Positions 45,526 through 58,000 of a stretch of 64,000 bases of DNA are shown in pieces. The stretch is from positions 13,223 through 77,222 of the forward strand of contig CAVQKZ010000004.1 in the NCBI GenBank assembly GCA_963713245.1, read 5' to 3'. Position numbers and translations under genes: made by a program. This DNA is from an uncultured Actinomycetota bacterium. Lineage in GTDB: Bacteria; Actinomycetota; Actinomycetes; Mycobacteriales; Jatrophihabitantaceae. Numbering within the stretch: the first letter of the stretch is position 1; every line of letters begins with the position of its first letter. The notes under the pieces were generated by a model. That model had not been told where the DNA came from. It searched no databases and saw only the letters and a program-made list of their open reading frames with translations.

Positions 45526-46292
45526 ACGGCAGCGGCCTGGTGCGCGCGCTGAGCCTGTTCACGATCGCCCCGGTGCGGGCCCCGGCCGCCGTGACGCGCG
45601 CCGACGCCGCACGCAGCCTGGCCTGGTTGCCGGTGATCGGGCTCGGGCTCGGCGCGCTCGCCGGTCTGCCTGGCACCGTCGTCCGGCAGTGGGCGCCGCA
45701 GGCCTTGCTCGTCGGCGCGGTCGTCGGCGTGGCCGTGCTGGGCGGGCTGACCCGGGGCCTGCACCTGGACGGCCTGGCCGACACCGCCGACGGGCTGGGC
45801 AGCCGGGCCCCGGCCGAGCGGGCCCTGGCCATCATGCGGCAGTCCGACATCGGCCCGTTCGGTGTGGTCACGCTGGTGCTCGTGCTGATGCTCGACATCG
45901 CCGCCATCGCGGAGCTCCCGGCCGGGGTCTGGACCCCAGTCGCCGCCCTGGCCACGGCGGCCGCCACCGGCCGGGTGGCCGTGCTGCACGCCGCCGTCCC
46001 GGCGGTGCCGTCCGCGCGGCCGGGCGGCTTCGGCGCGCTGGTCGCCGGCTCGGTGCCGATCGCGGCCGCCGTCGGGCAGACCGCGGGTGTGCTGGCCGTC
46101 GGGGCCGGGCTGGCCGCGTCGGTCGGGGCCGATCCGGGGGGCTGGGTCGTGGCCCAGGCTGCGGCCCTCGCGCTAACCCTCGGGTTGAGGTTGCACACCA
46201 CCCGCCGGTTCGGCGGTGTCACCGGGGACGTCTTCGGGGCCCTGGTCGAGTGCGCCACGGCGGTAACCCTGGTCGGCATCGCCCTGACCTGA
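45522..46292 (+). CDS. cobS: adenosylcobinamide-GDP ribazoletransferase (cobalamin synthase)
   Basis: 256 aa: ...LSLFTIAPV...GGLTRGLHLDGLADTADGL...SDIGPFGVV...RRFGGVTGDVFGA. Confidence 0.9.
   Translation: MNGSGLVRALSLFTIAPVRAPAAVTRADAARSLAWLPVIGLGLGALAGLPGTVVRQWAPQALLVGAVVGVAVLGGLTRGLHLDGLADTADGLGSRAPAERALAIMRQSDIGPFGVVTLVLVLMLDIAAIAELPAGVWTPVAALATAAATGRVAVLHAAVPAVPSARPGGFGALVAGSVPIAAAVGQTAGVLAVGAGLAASVGADPGGWVVAQAAALALTLGLRLHTTRRFGGVTGDVFGALVECATAVTLVGIALT
46171..46250 (+). repeat. copy A of an imperfect 80-bp direct repeat (the native cobS 3' end)
   Basis: Hand alignment with 54021-54100 gives 66/80 identical positions with no gaps, at an offset of exactly 7850 bp. Confidence 0.8.
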
Positions 46293-46381
46293 CCCGGCCC
46301 GCGGCCGGCCCAACCCTGATATCATGCGGTATCGTCCGCGCGAGTCCTCGCTGCTTCGGTGCCCGCTGACAGGAGCCCAGC

Positions 46382-46603
46382 ATGACTGACGTACTGATCC
46401 GCGATGTGCCGGAGGATGTGCTGGCCGGGGTGGACGCGCACGCGACCAAGCTCGGCATGTCGCGGGTGGAGTACATCCGCCGGCGCCTGGCCGCGGATGC
46501 GGCAACAGCGACAGTTCCAGTCTCGGTTGCTCAGCTGCGGACCTTCGCGGCCAAAGCCGCCGATCTTGGTGACCCCGAGGTGATGGACGCCGCGTGGCGG
46601 TGA
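46382..46603 (+). CDS. vapB: ribbon-helix-helix antitoxin (VapB-type)
   Basis: 73 aa: [36 protein letters not shown]... Its stop overlaps the start of the PIN toxin. Confidence 0.75.
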   Translation: MTDVLIRDVPEDVLAGVDAHATKLGMSRVEYIRRRLAADAATATVPVSVAQLRTFAAKAADLGDPEVMDAAWR

Positions 46604-47007
46604 ACGACTGGCTGATCGACAAGTCGGCCCTGGTCCGCCTGGCGGACGCTCCGGACGCGGCGGAGTGGGCGAATCGCATCGAGCGCGGGCTGGTGCGCAT
46701 CAGCACCGTCACTCGGCTGGAGGTGGGTTACTCGGCGCGCACGGCCGCGCAGGCACGATCGATGTTCCGCACGCCGCCGATCTCGGCGATGCCGGTGGAG
46801 TATCTGACTCCGGCGATCGAGGACCGCGCGCTGGAGGTGCAACTCGTGCTGGCCGGCAAAGGCAAGCATCGCGCGCCGTCGATTCCGGATCTGATCATTG
46901 CGGCGACCGCCGAGCTCGCCGGGCTGACCGTGCTTCATGTGGACAAGGACTTCGACCTGATCGGCCAGGTCACCGGCCAAGCGCTGCAGCTGCTGCGGGC
47001 GCCCTAG
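46594..47007 (+). CDS. vapC: PIN-domain toxin (VapC-type ribonuclease)
   Basis: The start is GTG 46594 or GTG 46600 (GTGA overlap). The sequence WLIDKSAL...RLEVGYS...[10 protein letters not shown]...VLHVDKDFD carries the acidic PIN residues. Confidence 0.8.
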   Translation: MAVNDWLIDKSALVRLADAPDAAEWANRIERGLVRISTVTRLEVGYSARTAAQARSMFRTPPISAMPVEYLTPAIEDRALEVQLVLAGKGKHRAPSIPDLIIAATAELAGLTVLHVDKDFDLIGQVTGQALQLLRAP

Positions 47008-48038
47008 CCGTAGCTCGCCGCCTCCGTGGCGATGCGGTCGATGATCGCGCCCGCCGGCTCGGGGGACACCTGCCGCCAGCCGGTGCCGGCCCAGAGGTTC
47101 GGCACGTCGGTGTCACCGGCCGCGGTGGCGGCGCTGCGCAGCGGGCGGGTGAGGTGATGGACCTCCGGGTAGGCCGGCGGGGCCTGCCCGTCGTGCTCGC
47201 GGGCGAATCGATTGGCCAGCCCCCGGGCGAAGCGCCCGGTGTAGGCGCGGGTGACGATGGTGTCGGGATAGCGCCGATCCAGCAGGGCCCGCCGATACGG
47301 CGCCGACGTGCCGGCCTCGGGAGTGCAGAGCAGCGCGGTGCCGAGCTGGACGGCGATGGCACCGGCGCCCAGCACGGCGGCGGCGTCGCGCCCGCTCATC
47401 ACGCCGCCGGTCCCGATCAGGGGCACGTCGGTGATCTCGCGGATCTCGGCCAGCACGGACAGCAAGGGTCGGTGGTTGGCGGTCAGATCGGCGAAGCCGG
47501 CCTGGTGTCCGCCGGCCTCGGTGCCTTGCACCACCAGCAGATCGGTGCCCGCCGCCACCGCCAGTCGGGCCTCGACCGCCGAGGTAACGGTGACGGCGGC
47601 CCGCACATCGGCGTGATGCAGCCGCTCGACGACGTCCGGGCTCGGGCAGCCGAAGGTGAAGCTGACCAGGTCCACGCGGGCCGCGACGACGACGTCCAGC
47701 TTGGCGGCATAGCTGTCGTCCTCCCAGCGGGGCTCGCCCAAGGCGACGCCCAGCCGCTCGGCATCGGGTCGCAGCGCGGTGGCATAGGCGGCGACCTGCG
47801 CGCGATCGCCCGGCAGGGAGGGCACGAACAGGTTCACCCCGAACGGCGCCGGACTGAGCGTGCGAGTCGTCGCGATGGCGTCGTGCAGGGCGTCCGGGGA
47901 CAGGTACCCGGCGGCCACGAAGGGGTAAGCGCCCGCGGCGGCGACGGCGGCCGCCAGGGCGGGCGTCGACGGCCCACCCGCCATCGGGGCCTGGACGATC
48001 GGCAGCTCGCTCGGCAGGGTCACGCCGTCGAGTCTCAC
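47004..48038 (-). CDS. nitronate monooxygenase (NMO / 2-nitropropane dioxygenase family)
   Basis: From GTG 48038: ...[21 protein letters not shown]...GVNLF...[13 protein letters not shown]...PLIGTGGV. The upstream part of ORF 47004..48428 is rejected. Confidence 0.85.
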   Translation of the reverse strand: MRLDGVTLPSELPIVQAPMAGGPSTPALAAAVAAAGAYPFVAAGYLSPDALHDAIATTRTLSPAPFGVNLFVPSLPGDRAQVAAYATALRPDAERLGVALGEPRWEDDSYAAKLDVVVAARVDLVSFTFGCPSPDVVERLHHADVRAAVTVTSAVEARLAVAAGTDLLVVQGTEAGGHQAGFADLTANHRPLLSVLAEIREITDVPLIGTGGVMSGRDAAAVLGAGAIAVQLGTALLCTPEAGTSAPYRRALLDRRYPDTIVTRAYTGRFARGLANRFAREHDGQAPPAYPEVHHLTRPLRSAATAAGDTDVPNLWAGTGWRQVSPEPAGAIIDRIATEAASYG

Positions 48039-48068
48039 CCATGGGGGACCTCGATTCCAGGCACAGCG

Positions 48069-48096
48069 GAGCCCGGCCGGAACTCCGGCCGGGCTC
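48069..48096 (-). terminator. strong hairpin after the solute-binding protein gene (gagcccggccgg-aact-ccggccgggctc)
   Basis: Perfect 12-bp stem and a 4-nt loop, 20 nt downstream of the stop at 48116. Confidence 0.65.
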
Positions 48097-48115
48097 GGCT
48101 GCGTTACCGGCCGCG

Positions 48116-49819
48116 CTACTTCATGTAACCGATCTTGGTGTAGTCGATCGACGCGAAGCCGAACGAGCCGAGGTTGGCCAGGCCGTTGGCCACACCGCAC
48201 ATCTGCGGCCGCTGGAACAGCGTCAGCGTGTGCACCTCGTCGAAGAGCTTCTTGTCGGCCTGGTTGGCCAGCGAGATCGTCTGCCCCGGATCGGTCGCGC
48301 CGACCGACTGCTTGATCAGCTTGTCGATGGCCGGGTTGGTCAGGCCGGTGAAGTTCTGACCACCGCCGGCCTTGGGGGAGGAGTAGATGGACAGGCTGGA
48401 CGAGACCGGGAACGGGGTGCCCAGCCACGAGAACGGGGACAGGTCGAAGTTGCCCGGAATGATGTACTTGTCGAAGAAGTCATTGCTGGGCACGGTCTTG
48501 ATGTCGACCTTGACCCCGATCACCTTCATCATCGCCTGCATCAGCTCGCCCTCGTTCTTGCTGGACTGAATGCCGGCCGGAATGGTGAAGTTGATCTCCA
48601 GGGTCTTGCCGCCCTTGGTCTGGTACCCGCCGGACATCGTGAAGCCGTCGTCGCTCAGCATCTTCTTGGCCTTGCTGGCGCTGTAGCTGCCGAGGTCGCC
48701 GGTGTTGTCCTGGTAGCCGGTCTGGGTGTTCATGTAGATGTGGTTGTCCAGCGGCACCGTCGGCCACGGGATGCCCTTGAGGTCGGACTGGATCAGCGCG
48801 TCGCGGTTGGTGCCGAGCACGATCGCCTGGCGCACCTTGTCGTCGGTCATGAACCCGTGCGTGCCGTTGAAGGTGACCTGGCGATAGTCCGGGCCGGCGG
48901 CCAGGGTGACATGGCCCTTCGACGCGCCCTTGATCTGCTTGTAGTCGGTCGGATCGACCGCGACGTCGAAGTCGTACCCGAGCTCGCCGTTGACGTAGGC
49001 CTGGTTCGCGGCGGTGGACTCCTCGGCCTTGAACACGATCTTGCTCAGCAGCGGCTTGTTGCCCCACCAGTGCGCATCCGGCGTCACGGTCACCGTCTGG
49101 GCCGACTTGTTGAACACCGGGTGGCCGAACGGTCCCGCGGTCACCGGGATGGCGTTCAGGTAGCCCTTGTTGAACAAGGCCGGCGAGCTGTCGTATTTGG
49201 CCGGGTAGAGCGGGGCGAAAAGCGACTTCCAGTCCGCGAACGGCGTGCTGAACGTGATGACCACGTCGTACTTGCCGCCCGGGCCCTGCTTGACACTGCT
49301 GATCTGGTCGTAGCCGGTGCTGCTGGCGACCTGGAAGGCCTTGTTCTTGCCGTTCAGGGCGGACCATTCCGCGGCATAGTCGGCCTCGGTGATGGGCTTG
49401 CCGTCGGACCACACCGCCTTCTGGTTCAGCTTCAGCTCGATCGTCTGGGGCGAGGACGACGTCTGCGTGGCCGAGGTCAGGTAGTCCGGGTTGGGCGTGA
49501 CGTTCGCCTTCGCGTCGTACAGGTACGGCTCGGGCAGGACCGCGTCGACGACGTTCTTCGTCGACGCCTCGGGGCCGTCGACCTCGTTGTAGTTCCACTG
49601 CGTGGAGTACTGGTCCAGGCCCCAGACCAGCGTGCCGCCCTTCTTCAGCGCCGACACCGGCTGCGGGTTGATGTCCTCGATCTTCAGGGCCGGGGTGTTC
49701 TTCTTGCCCGACGGCTTGCCCTTGCCGCTGCTGCTCTTCGACGATGTGCACGCACTCATGCCGAGCACGACCACGAGCGCCGAAACGGCGACGATCGCGC
49801 CGCGTCTGGATGCCTTCAC
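48116..49819 (-). CDS. ABC transporter substrate-binding lipoprotein, family 5 (peptide/nickel, OppA/DppA-like)
   Basis: GTG 49819 follows AGGAGG. Lipobox LGMSAC. The 567-aa sequence reads like an SBP_bac_5 protein. It is visibly less GC-rich than its neighbours. Confidence 0.85.
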   Translation of the reverse strand: MKASRRGAIVAVSALVVVLGMSACTSSKSSSGKGKPSGKKNTPALKIEDINPQPVSALKKGGTLVWGLDQYSTQWNYNEVDGPEASTKNVVDAVLPEPYLYDAKANVTPNPDYLTSATQTSSSPQTIELKLNQKAVWSDGKPITEADYAAEWSALNGKNKAFQVASSTGYDQISSVKQGPGGKYDVVITFSTPFADWKSLFAPLYPAKYDSSPALFNKGYLNAIPVTAGPFGHPVFNKSAQTVTVTPDAHWWGNKPLLSKIVFKAEESTAANQAYVNGELGYDFDVAVDPTDYKQIKGASKGHVTLAAGPDYRQVTFNGTHGFMTDDKVRQAIVLGTNRDALIQSDLKGIPWPTVPLDNHIYMNTQTGYQDNTGDLGSYSASKAKKMLSDDGFTMSGGYQTKGGKTLEINFTIPAGIQSSKNEGELMQAMMKVIGVKVDIKTVPSNDFFDKYIIPGNFDLSPFSWLGTPFPVSSSLSIYSSPKAGGGQNFTGLTNPAIDKLIKQSVGATDPGQTISLANQADKKLFDEVHTLTLFQRPQMCGVANGLANLGSFGFASIDYTKIGYMK

Positions 49820-49868
49820 GGGGTCCTCCTGATGGATGGTTGGGGTTGATGGCTGCGGGCGGCGCCGC

Positions 49869-51973
<2,105 letters not shown>

Positions 51974-51977
<4 letters not shown>

Positions 51978-52900
51978 TGGGCCTTCCCTGCTGACGGATC
52001 GAGGGCGTCGCGCAGTCCGTCGCCGACGAGGTTGACGGCCAGCACCAAGAGGATCAGGAACCCGGCCGGGAACAGGAACAGCCACGGGTAGGTGAACGCG
52101 GCGTTCTGCCCGTCGCTGAGCAGGGTGCCGAGCGAGATGTCGGGCGGCTGCACGCCGAAGCCGAAGAACGACAGGCTGGCCTCGGTGATGATCGCGGTGC
52201 TGACGTTGATCGTGGCGTCGATGATCAGCAGCGACGACAGGTTCGGCACGATGTGCTTGAGGATGATCTTCCAGCTCGAGACGCCCATGTACTTCGCCGC
52301 GAGCACGTATTCGCGGTTCTTCAGGGCCAGCGTCTGGCCGCGCACGATGCGGGCGGTGATCTGCCAGATGAACATGCCCAGCAGCAGGACGAACAGCAGC
52401 CAGTTGTCGGCGAACTGCCGCGACAGGATGGCGATGATCAGGAACGCGGGCACCACGAGCAGCAGGTCGACGATCCACATCAGCACCCGGTCGATCCAGC
52501 CCCCGAAGTAGCCCGCGGCCGAGCCGACCAGCGCGGCCACGGCCGTCGCGAACAGCGCGACCAGCAGGCCGATGAGGATGGACTTCTGCGCGCCCCGCAT
52601 GGTCGCGGCGTACAGGTCGAGCCCGGTCTGGTCGGTGCCGAACCAATGGCTGGAATCCGGCGAGGTCAGGAACGAACTGAAGTCGTGGTCGGTGTACTTC
52701 CAGTGGGTGAAGTACGGACCCACGAAGGCCATGAAGATCAGCAGCACCACGACGACGAGGCCGAGCACACCCTGCTTGCGCCGCAGAAAGCGCCGCAGCA
52801 CCAGTCGCCCGCGGCCGGGCAGGGCCGTCTCGTCGAGAGGGACCGCGTCGCTGTCGGGCGCGCCCGCGCTCGGGAGCAGGGAGTCCGCCGAGATGGTCAT
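51974..52900 (-). CDS. ABC peptide importer permease (DppC/OppC-like)
   Basis: 308 aa with 6 TM segments and a BPD-transporter EAA-like loop ...[20 protein letters not shown]... Confidence 0.85.
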
Positions 52901-52903
52901 GGC

Positions 52904-53872
52904 CTAACTCCGGACCCGGGGATCGAGCAGGGCGACGATGAAGTCCTGCAACAGCGAGGCCAGCAGCACCAGCACGGCCACGAAGAGCGTCACGGCGGCC
53001 GCAGCGTTGACGTCGTTGCTCTGGATCGACGTCACCAGCAACTCACCCATCCCGTGCCAACCGAAGATGATCTCGGTGAAGGTCGCACCGACGAAGATCA
53101 GGGCGAAGCTGTACACGAAGATCGTCACGGCCGGGATGAGTGCGGTGCGCAGCGCGTGCTTGGTCAGTGCCGCCCGCCGCCGTAGCCCCTTGGCCCGGGC
53201 GGTGCGCACGTAGTCGCTGGCCAGCACGTCCAGCATGGCGTTGCGCTGGTAGCGCGACAGGAACGCGGCCCCGGTGAAGACCAGGGTGATGGTGGGCAGG
53301 ATCAGGTGGTCGAGCCGGTTGCCCAGCTGGGTCAGCGTTCCGCCGTTCTGGGCCGGGTTGTACTGGCCGGAGTACTGGATGACCTGGTGGCCCAGCCATT
53401 TGTTGATCTGCACGGCCAGCAACTGCAGCAGGATGGCCAGCACGAACACCGGCACCGACAGGATGACGAACGAGCTCACCGTGAACAGGTGATCGACGAA
53501 CTTGTACTGCCGCACCGCCGACCACGCGCCCACCGCTATCCCGGCGATGCCACCGACGATGGTGCCGATCAGCAGCAGTTGGCCGCTCACCCACAGCCGG
53601 CGCCCGACATCGCTGTTCACCGAGCCGCCCTGCACCTCGGTGCCGAGATTGCCGGTGGCCAGGTCGCCCAGCCAGTGGCCGTAGCGGACCAGGACCGGCG
53701 TGTGCGGGTTCGAGTTGATCGAGTCGAGCTTGGCGCTGATCACGGCCGGCGACGGCCGGGGATTGCGGCCCTCGTAGTTGGACGCGGGGTGCAGGCTCAC
53801 GGCCGCGAGGATGTAGGCCAACGATGTGGCGATGAAGACCAACACGAGGTAGTTGGCCGCGCGGCGGAGCAT
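52904..53872 (-). CDS. ABC peptide importer permease (DppB/OppB-like)
   Basis: The preferred start is ATG 53872 ([14 protein letters not shown]...), with GAGG 4 nt upstream. It contains ...[27 protein letters not shown]... Confidence 0.85.
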   Translation of the reverse strand: MLRRAANYLVLVFIATSLAYILAAVSLHPASNYEGRNPRPSPAVISAKLDSINSNPHTPVLVRYGHWLGDLATGNLGTEVQGGSVNSDVGRRLWVSGQLLLIGTIVGGIAGIAVGAWSAVRQYKFVDHLFTVSSFVILSVPVFVLAILLQLLAVQINKWLGHQVIQYSGQYNPAQNGGTLTQLGNRLDHLILPTITLVFTGAAFLSRYQRNAMLDVLASDYVRTARAKGLRRRAALTKHALRTALIPAVTIFVYSFALIFVGATFTEIIFGWHGMGELLVTSIQSNDVNAAAAVTLFVAVLVLLASLLQDFIVALLDPRVRS

Positions 53873-54020
53873 GAACCTCGTCAAGGCGGCGTCCTCCCCG
53901 CGGTGGCTGTGGACCGGCAGTGAGCGCCATATTGCCATCCAGTTCGCCAGGCGAACTGAATGAGACAGTTTCGTTACGCGCAGTGCGCGTCGGGCCGGCG
54001 CACCCAGGTCGTCGCGTTGG

Positions 54021-54100
54021 AGCTAACCCTCGGGCTGAGGTTGCACGGCGGCGGCCGGTTCGGGGGTGTGACCGGCGATGTCGTCGGGGGCCTGGTCGAC
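54021..54100 (+). repeat. copy B of the imperfect 80-bp direct repeat: a relic of a cobS 3' end, antisense to the ppm1 tail
   Basis: The plus frame reads LTLGLRLHGGGRFGGVTGDVVGGLVD, against cobS LTLGLRLHTTRRFGGVTGDVFGALVE. There are 66/80 nt identities to 46171-46250. Confidence 0.8.
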
Positions 54101-54853
54101 GGCGCGGGCGCGCCGGGCTGCGCTGGCTGCGCTGGCCTCGGCCCGCAGCAGCCGCCACGGCAGCAGGGCGGACTCGACCTGCACCCCGAGGGTCATCTTC
54201 GACGCCCCGACACTGCGCTCCTCGAACCGGATCGGGACCTCGACGATGCTCAGCCCGGCCCTGACCGTCCGGAAGTTCATCTCGACCTGGAAGGCGTAGC
54301 CGTCGCTCTGCATGGTGGCCACGTCGATCTGCGCCAGCGTCGGGGCCCGCCAGGCCTTGAACCCGGCGGTCACGTCCTTCACCTGAAGTCTCAGGATGGC
54401 GTTGACGTAGAAGTTGGCCCAGACCGACAGGGCCTTGCGGCGCCACGACCACTCGCCGGCCATCGAGCCGCCGGCGACGTAGCGCGAGCCGATGACGACG
54501 GCGGCGTCGCGGGCGTAGAGCGCCTCGATCATCGTCGGCACGGCCTCGACCGGATGCGAGAGATCGGCATCCATCTGCACGACGACGTCGGCGCCCTCGG
54601 CCAGCGCGCGCGTCATGCCGGCGACGTAGGCCCGCCCGAGCCCGGCCTTGGCGCTGCGGTGCAGGACGCCGACCCGGCCGGGCGCGTCGAGACTGAGTTG
54701 GTCGGCGATCTCGCCGGTGCCGTCGGGGGAGTTGTCGTCGACGACGAGCACGCGCAGGTCGGGCACCGGCAGAGCCAGCAGCGCGCGGACGAGCGTGGGC
54801 AGGTTGGCTCGCTCGTTGTAGGTCGGGACGACGACGACCACGCTCCGGCTCAT
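54023..54853 (-). CDS. ppm1: polyprenol-phosphate mannosyltransferase (GT2, Ppm1/Dpm1-like)
   Basis: From ATG 54853: MSRSVVVVVPTYNERANLPTLV...VLVVDDNSPDGTGEIA...VVQMDADLSHP...GSRYV...TAGFKAW. The last ~28 codons are antisense to the cobS relic. Confidence 0.85.
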   Translation of the reverse strand: MSRSVVVVVPTYNERANLPTLVRALLALPVPDLRVLVVDDNSPDGTGEIADQLSLDAPGRVGVLHRSAKAGLGRAYVAGMTRALAEGADVVVQMDADLSHPVEAVPTMIEALYARDAAVVIGSRYVAGGSMAGEWSWRRKALSVWANFYVNAILRLQVKDVTAGFKAWRAPTLAQIDVATMQSDGYAFQVEMNFRTVRAGLSIVEVPIRFEERSVGASKMTLGVQVESALLPWRLLRAEASAASAARRARAVDQAPDDIAGHTPEPAAAVQPQPEG

Positions 54854-55077
54854 AGGACGATCTTGCCCGGCCGAATTAACGGGCGCCATACTATCGAGCC
54901 CGGGCGGCCGGGAAAATCTCAGCAACGTCGACGCGGATCGTCCACGCGGGCCGTGACCCACCCTGTTTCACGACCGCGGAGCGGCCAGAACGCCGGTGTT
55001 CTCGTCGCGGGCGGTACCAAAGTGCGCCCGGCACTGAGGGTGCTTCTCCTGCGGCGCACTGCGCCTCGGCCGCCTGG

Positions 55078-58000
55078 TCAGGCGACGCGTATTTTGACGG
55101 TCTGCATGGCCTGGTACTTGATGCCGAGGTTCCAGTACCGGTGGCTGTGCAGCGAGGCCGTCATCGTGACACCCAGGGCCCAGCGGTTGTGCCCGGCGGG
55201 GTAGAAGCGCAGGTCGCGGCGGGTCGGCAGGCCCGGGAAGATGGCGGCGTCGTAGTAGGTCGGCCGGGTCGCGCCGTGGGTGATCAGGGTGTAGGTGTGG
55301 CCGGTGCGGATGGTGAACGCGCCGTCGCTGTAGCCGGCGCCCTGGAGATAGGTGCTCAGGGTGCGGTAACTGCCGGAGACGCTGGCCGTGTTGCCGGCCT
55401 TGTCGGTGGCGTGGACGGAGTAGCGGGTGAGCCCGCTGCTGGCGGTGTGCTTGACGATGCTGCAGGTGGCCAGGCCGGACAGCGCGTCGCGGCCGGCGCA
55501 GCGAGCGGTCGGCGCGGCGCCGGTGTAGCCCGCGCCGTTGCGGACGCCGGCAACCTGCACGGTCGGCCGGGTCGAGTCGATGTTGATTCCGCGCACGGCC
55601 ACGGTGGCGGTGCCGCCGTCGGTGGCGGTGACCGTCCGGCTGACCGAGAGGCCCGCGCCGTTGTGGGTGAGCCGGACGGGCGCCGGGCAGGCCTGGGTCA
55701 GGGCCGCGCTGTTGGTGACGCAGTGGAAGGTGATCGTGACCGAGCTGCGGTACCAGCCGAAGCTGGTCCGGGCGTGCGCGCTGGTGACCGTGGCCGTGAT
55801 CGCCGGGTTGACCGGTGCCGACGAGGCCGAGGAGGCGGCGTACTGCGTGTCGCCGCTGTAGGCCGCGCCGACCTCGGATCGCTGCGCAGGCGTCGTCGGG
55901 TAGGCGAGGGTGGCCACGCCGTTGACGAGCGGGGCCGTGCCGACCGGCACGCCGGCGACGGTGAAGGTGACCGTGCCCGTCGGGGTGCCGGTTGCCGGGG
56001 CGACGGCCACGACGGTGCTGCTCAGGGTGGTTGCCGTCACAGTGACGGTGGGGTGGCTGGCGGCCTGGCTGGTCACCTGCGCGCCGGTTCCGGACGCCGC
56101 CGCATACGTGCCGGCGTCGTCAGGGGTGAACGTGGCGCCGAGCGGATGACTGCCCACTGTCAACGGATCGCCGACCGAGTCGGTCAGGTCCGCGCTGTGC
56201 ACGGTCGCGCCGGCAACGGTGCCGGTGACCGCGACCGGATCACCGAAGTCGGCGCCGTCCACGCTGAACTGCACGTCGCCCGTGGCCGAGCCGGTGGCCG
56301 TCGAAACCGTTGCGGCGGCCTGCACCGGCGCGCCGAAGACCGATCCCGGCGCGCTCACCGTCACTGTCGTGGGAACCTGTCCGACCGTGAATGACTGCGG
56401 GGCGGTCGGGGCCGGGTTGAAGTAGGCCGCGCCATACTGGTTGGCGTCCACGACGCACGACCCGGCCTGCGCGAAGTGGACCGTCGCGCCGGTCATCGTG
56501 CAGGCCCCGTTCGTGGTTGCCGGGTCGACGGAGAACCGCACGTCCTGGCCGGACGCCCCGCCCGTTGCCACCACTGAATAGCTGCCGCCGACGACTGCGT
56601 CGGTCGGCGCGCTCGAGGTGTAGGTGATCGCCTGGGGAGCCGCAACGGCCCCGAACACGGCCACCCCCCACGGCTGGAACGATGCGGTGTCCACTGTGCG
56701 CTGCGGTGACCCGTCCGCCGGGACTTCGACGGTGTGGTTGGTATCGAGGTCGGTGATGTACACGTTCCCGGCCGCGTCAACTGCGACCGCGTACGGATAC
56801 GACAGGCCGCTGCCCACCGTCGTCTGTGGCGAGCCGTCGGCCGGCACTTTCACCACCCGGCCGTTGTTCCCGTCGGCGATGTAGACGTTCCCGGCCGCGT
56901 CAACCGCGACCCCGGTGCCGGCCACGTCGCTGGCCACCGTCGTCTGCGGCGAGCCGTCGGCCGGGACCTCGACCACCCGGGAGTTGTTGGTGTCGGCGAT
57001 GTAGACGTTCCCGGCCGCGTCAACCGCGACCCCGAACGGCGCGCGCAGGCCGCTGCCCACCGTCGTCTGGGGCGAGCCGTCGGCCGGAACCTCGACCACT
57101 CGGTTGTTGCTGGTGTCGGTGATGTACACGTTCCCGGCCGCGTCAACTGCGACCGCGTATGGATCGAACAGGCCGCTGCCCACCGTCGTCTGTGGCGAGC
57201 CGTCGGCCGGGACCTCGACCACCCGGTGGTTGTCGGTGTCGGCGATGTAGACGTTTCCGAACGCGTCAACCGCGACGCCGAAGGGATGGTTCAGGCCGGT
57301 GCCCACGGTGCCCTGCACCGTTCCGTCGGCGGCCAGCTGGACAACCGTGTCGTCGTAGGCCTCGGCGACGAACACGGTCCCTGGTGCATACCGGCTCGGG
57401 GCCACCGCGACGACGCGGGGATTTCCCAGCCCGGTCCCCACCTGGATCGGCGGCCGGCCGTCCGCCGGCACCTGCATCGCCCGCTGGTCGTTGTTGTTCA
57501 CCGTGTAGACGTTTCCGGCCGAGTCGACCGCCACCGACGTCGGACCAGCGAACCCGGTGACGACATTGTGCTGCGGCGAGCCGTCGGCCGGCAGTTCCAC
57601 CACCCGTCCGTTGTCGTGGTCGGCGATGTACAGGTTTCCGGCGGCGTCGAAGGCCACCCCCTGCGGGTAGGCCAGCCCGGTGCCCACGTCGGTCTGCGGC
57701 GAACCGTCGGCCGGCACCTTCACCACCCGGCTGTTGGCGTAGTCGGCGATGTAGACATTTCCGGCCGCGTCGACCGCGACGGCGGTAGGCGCGTTCAGGC
57801 CGGTGCCCAGGTCGCTCTGCGGCGAACCGTCGGCCGGCACCTTCACCACCCGACGGCCGTTGAAGTCGGCGACGTAGAGGTTCCCCGCGGCGTCGAGCGC
57901 AATCCCGGCGGGCTGGCTCAACCCGGCGGCCACGGTGCTGCGCGGCGAACCGTCGGCCGGCAACTTCGTCACCCGACCGGCTTGGTACTCGGCGACATAC

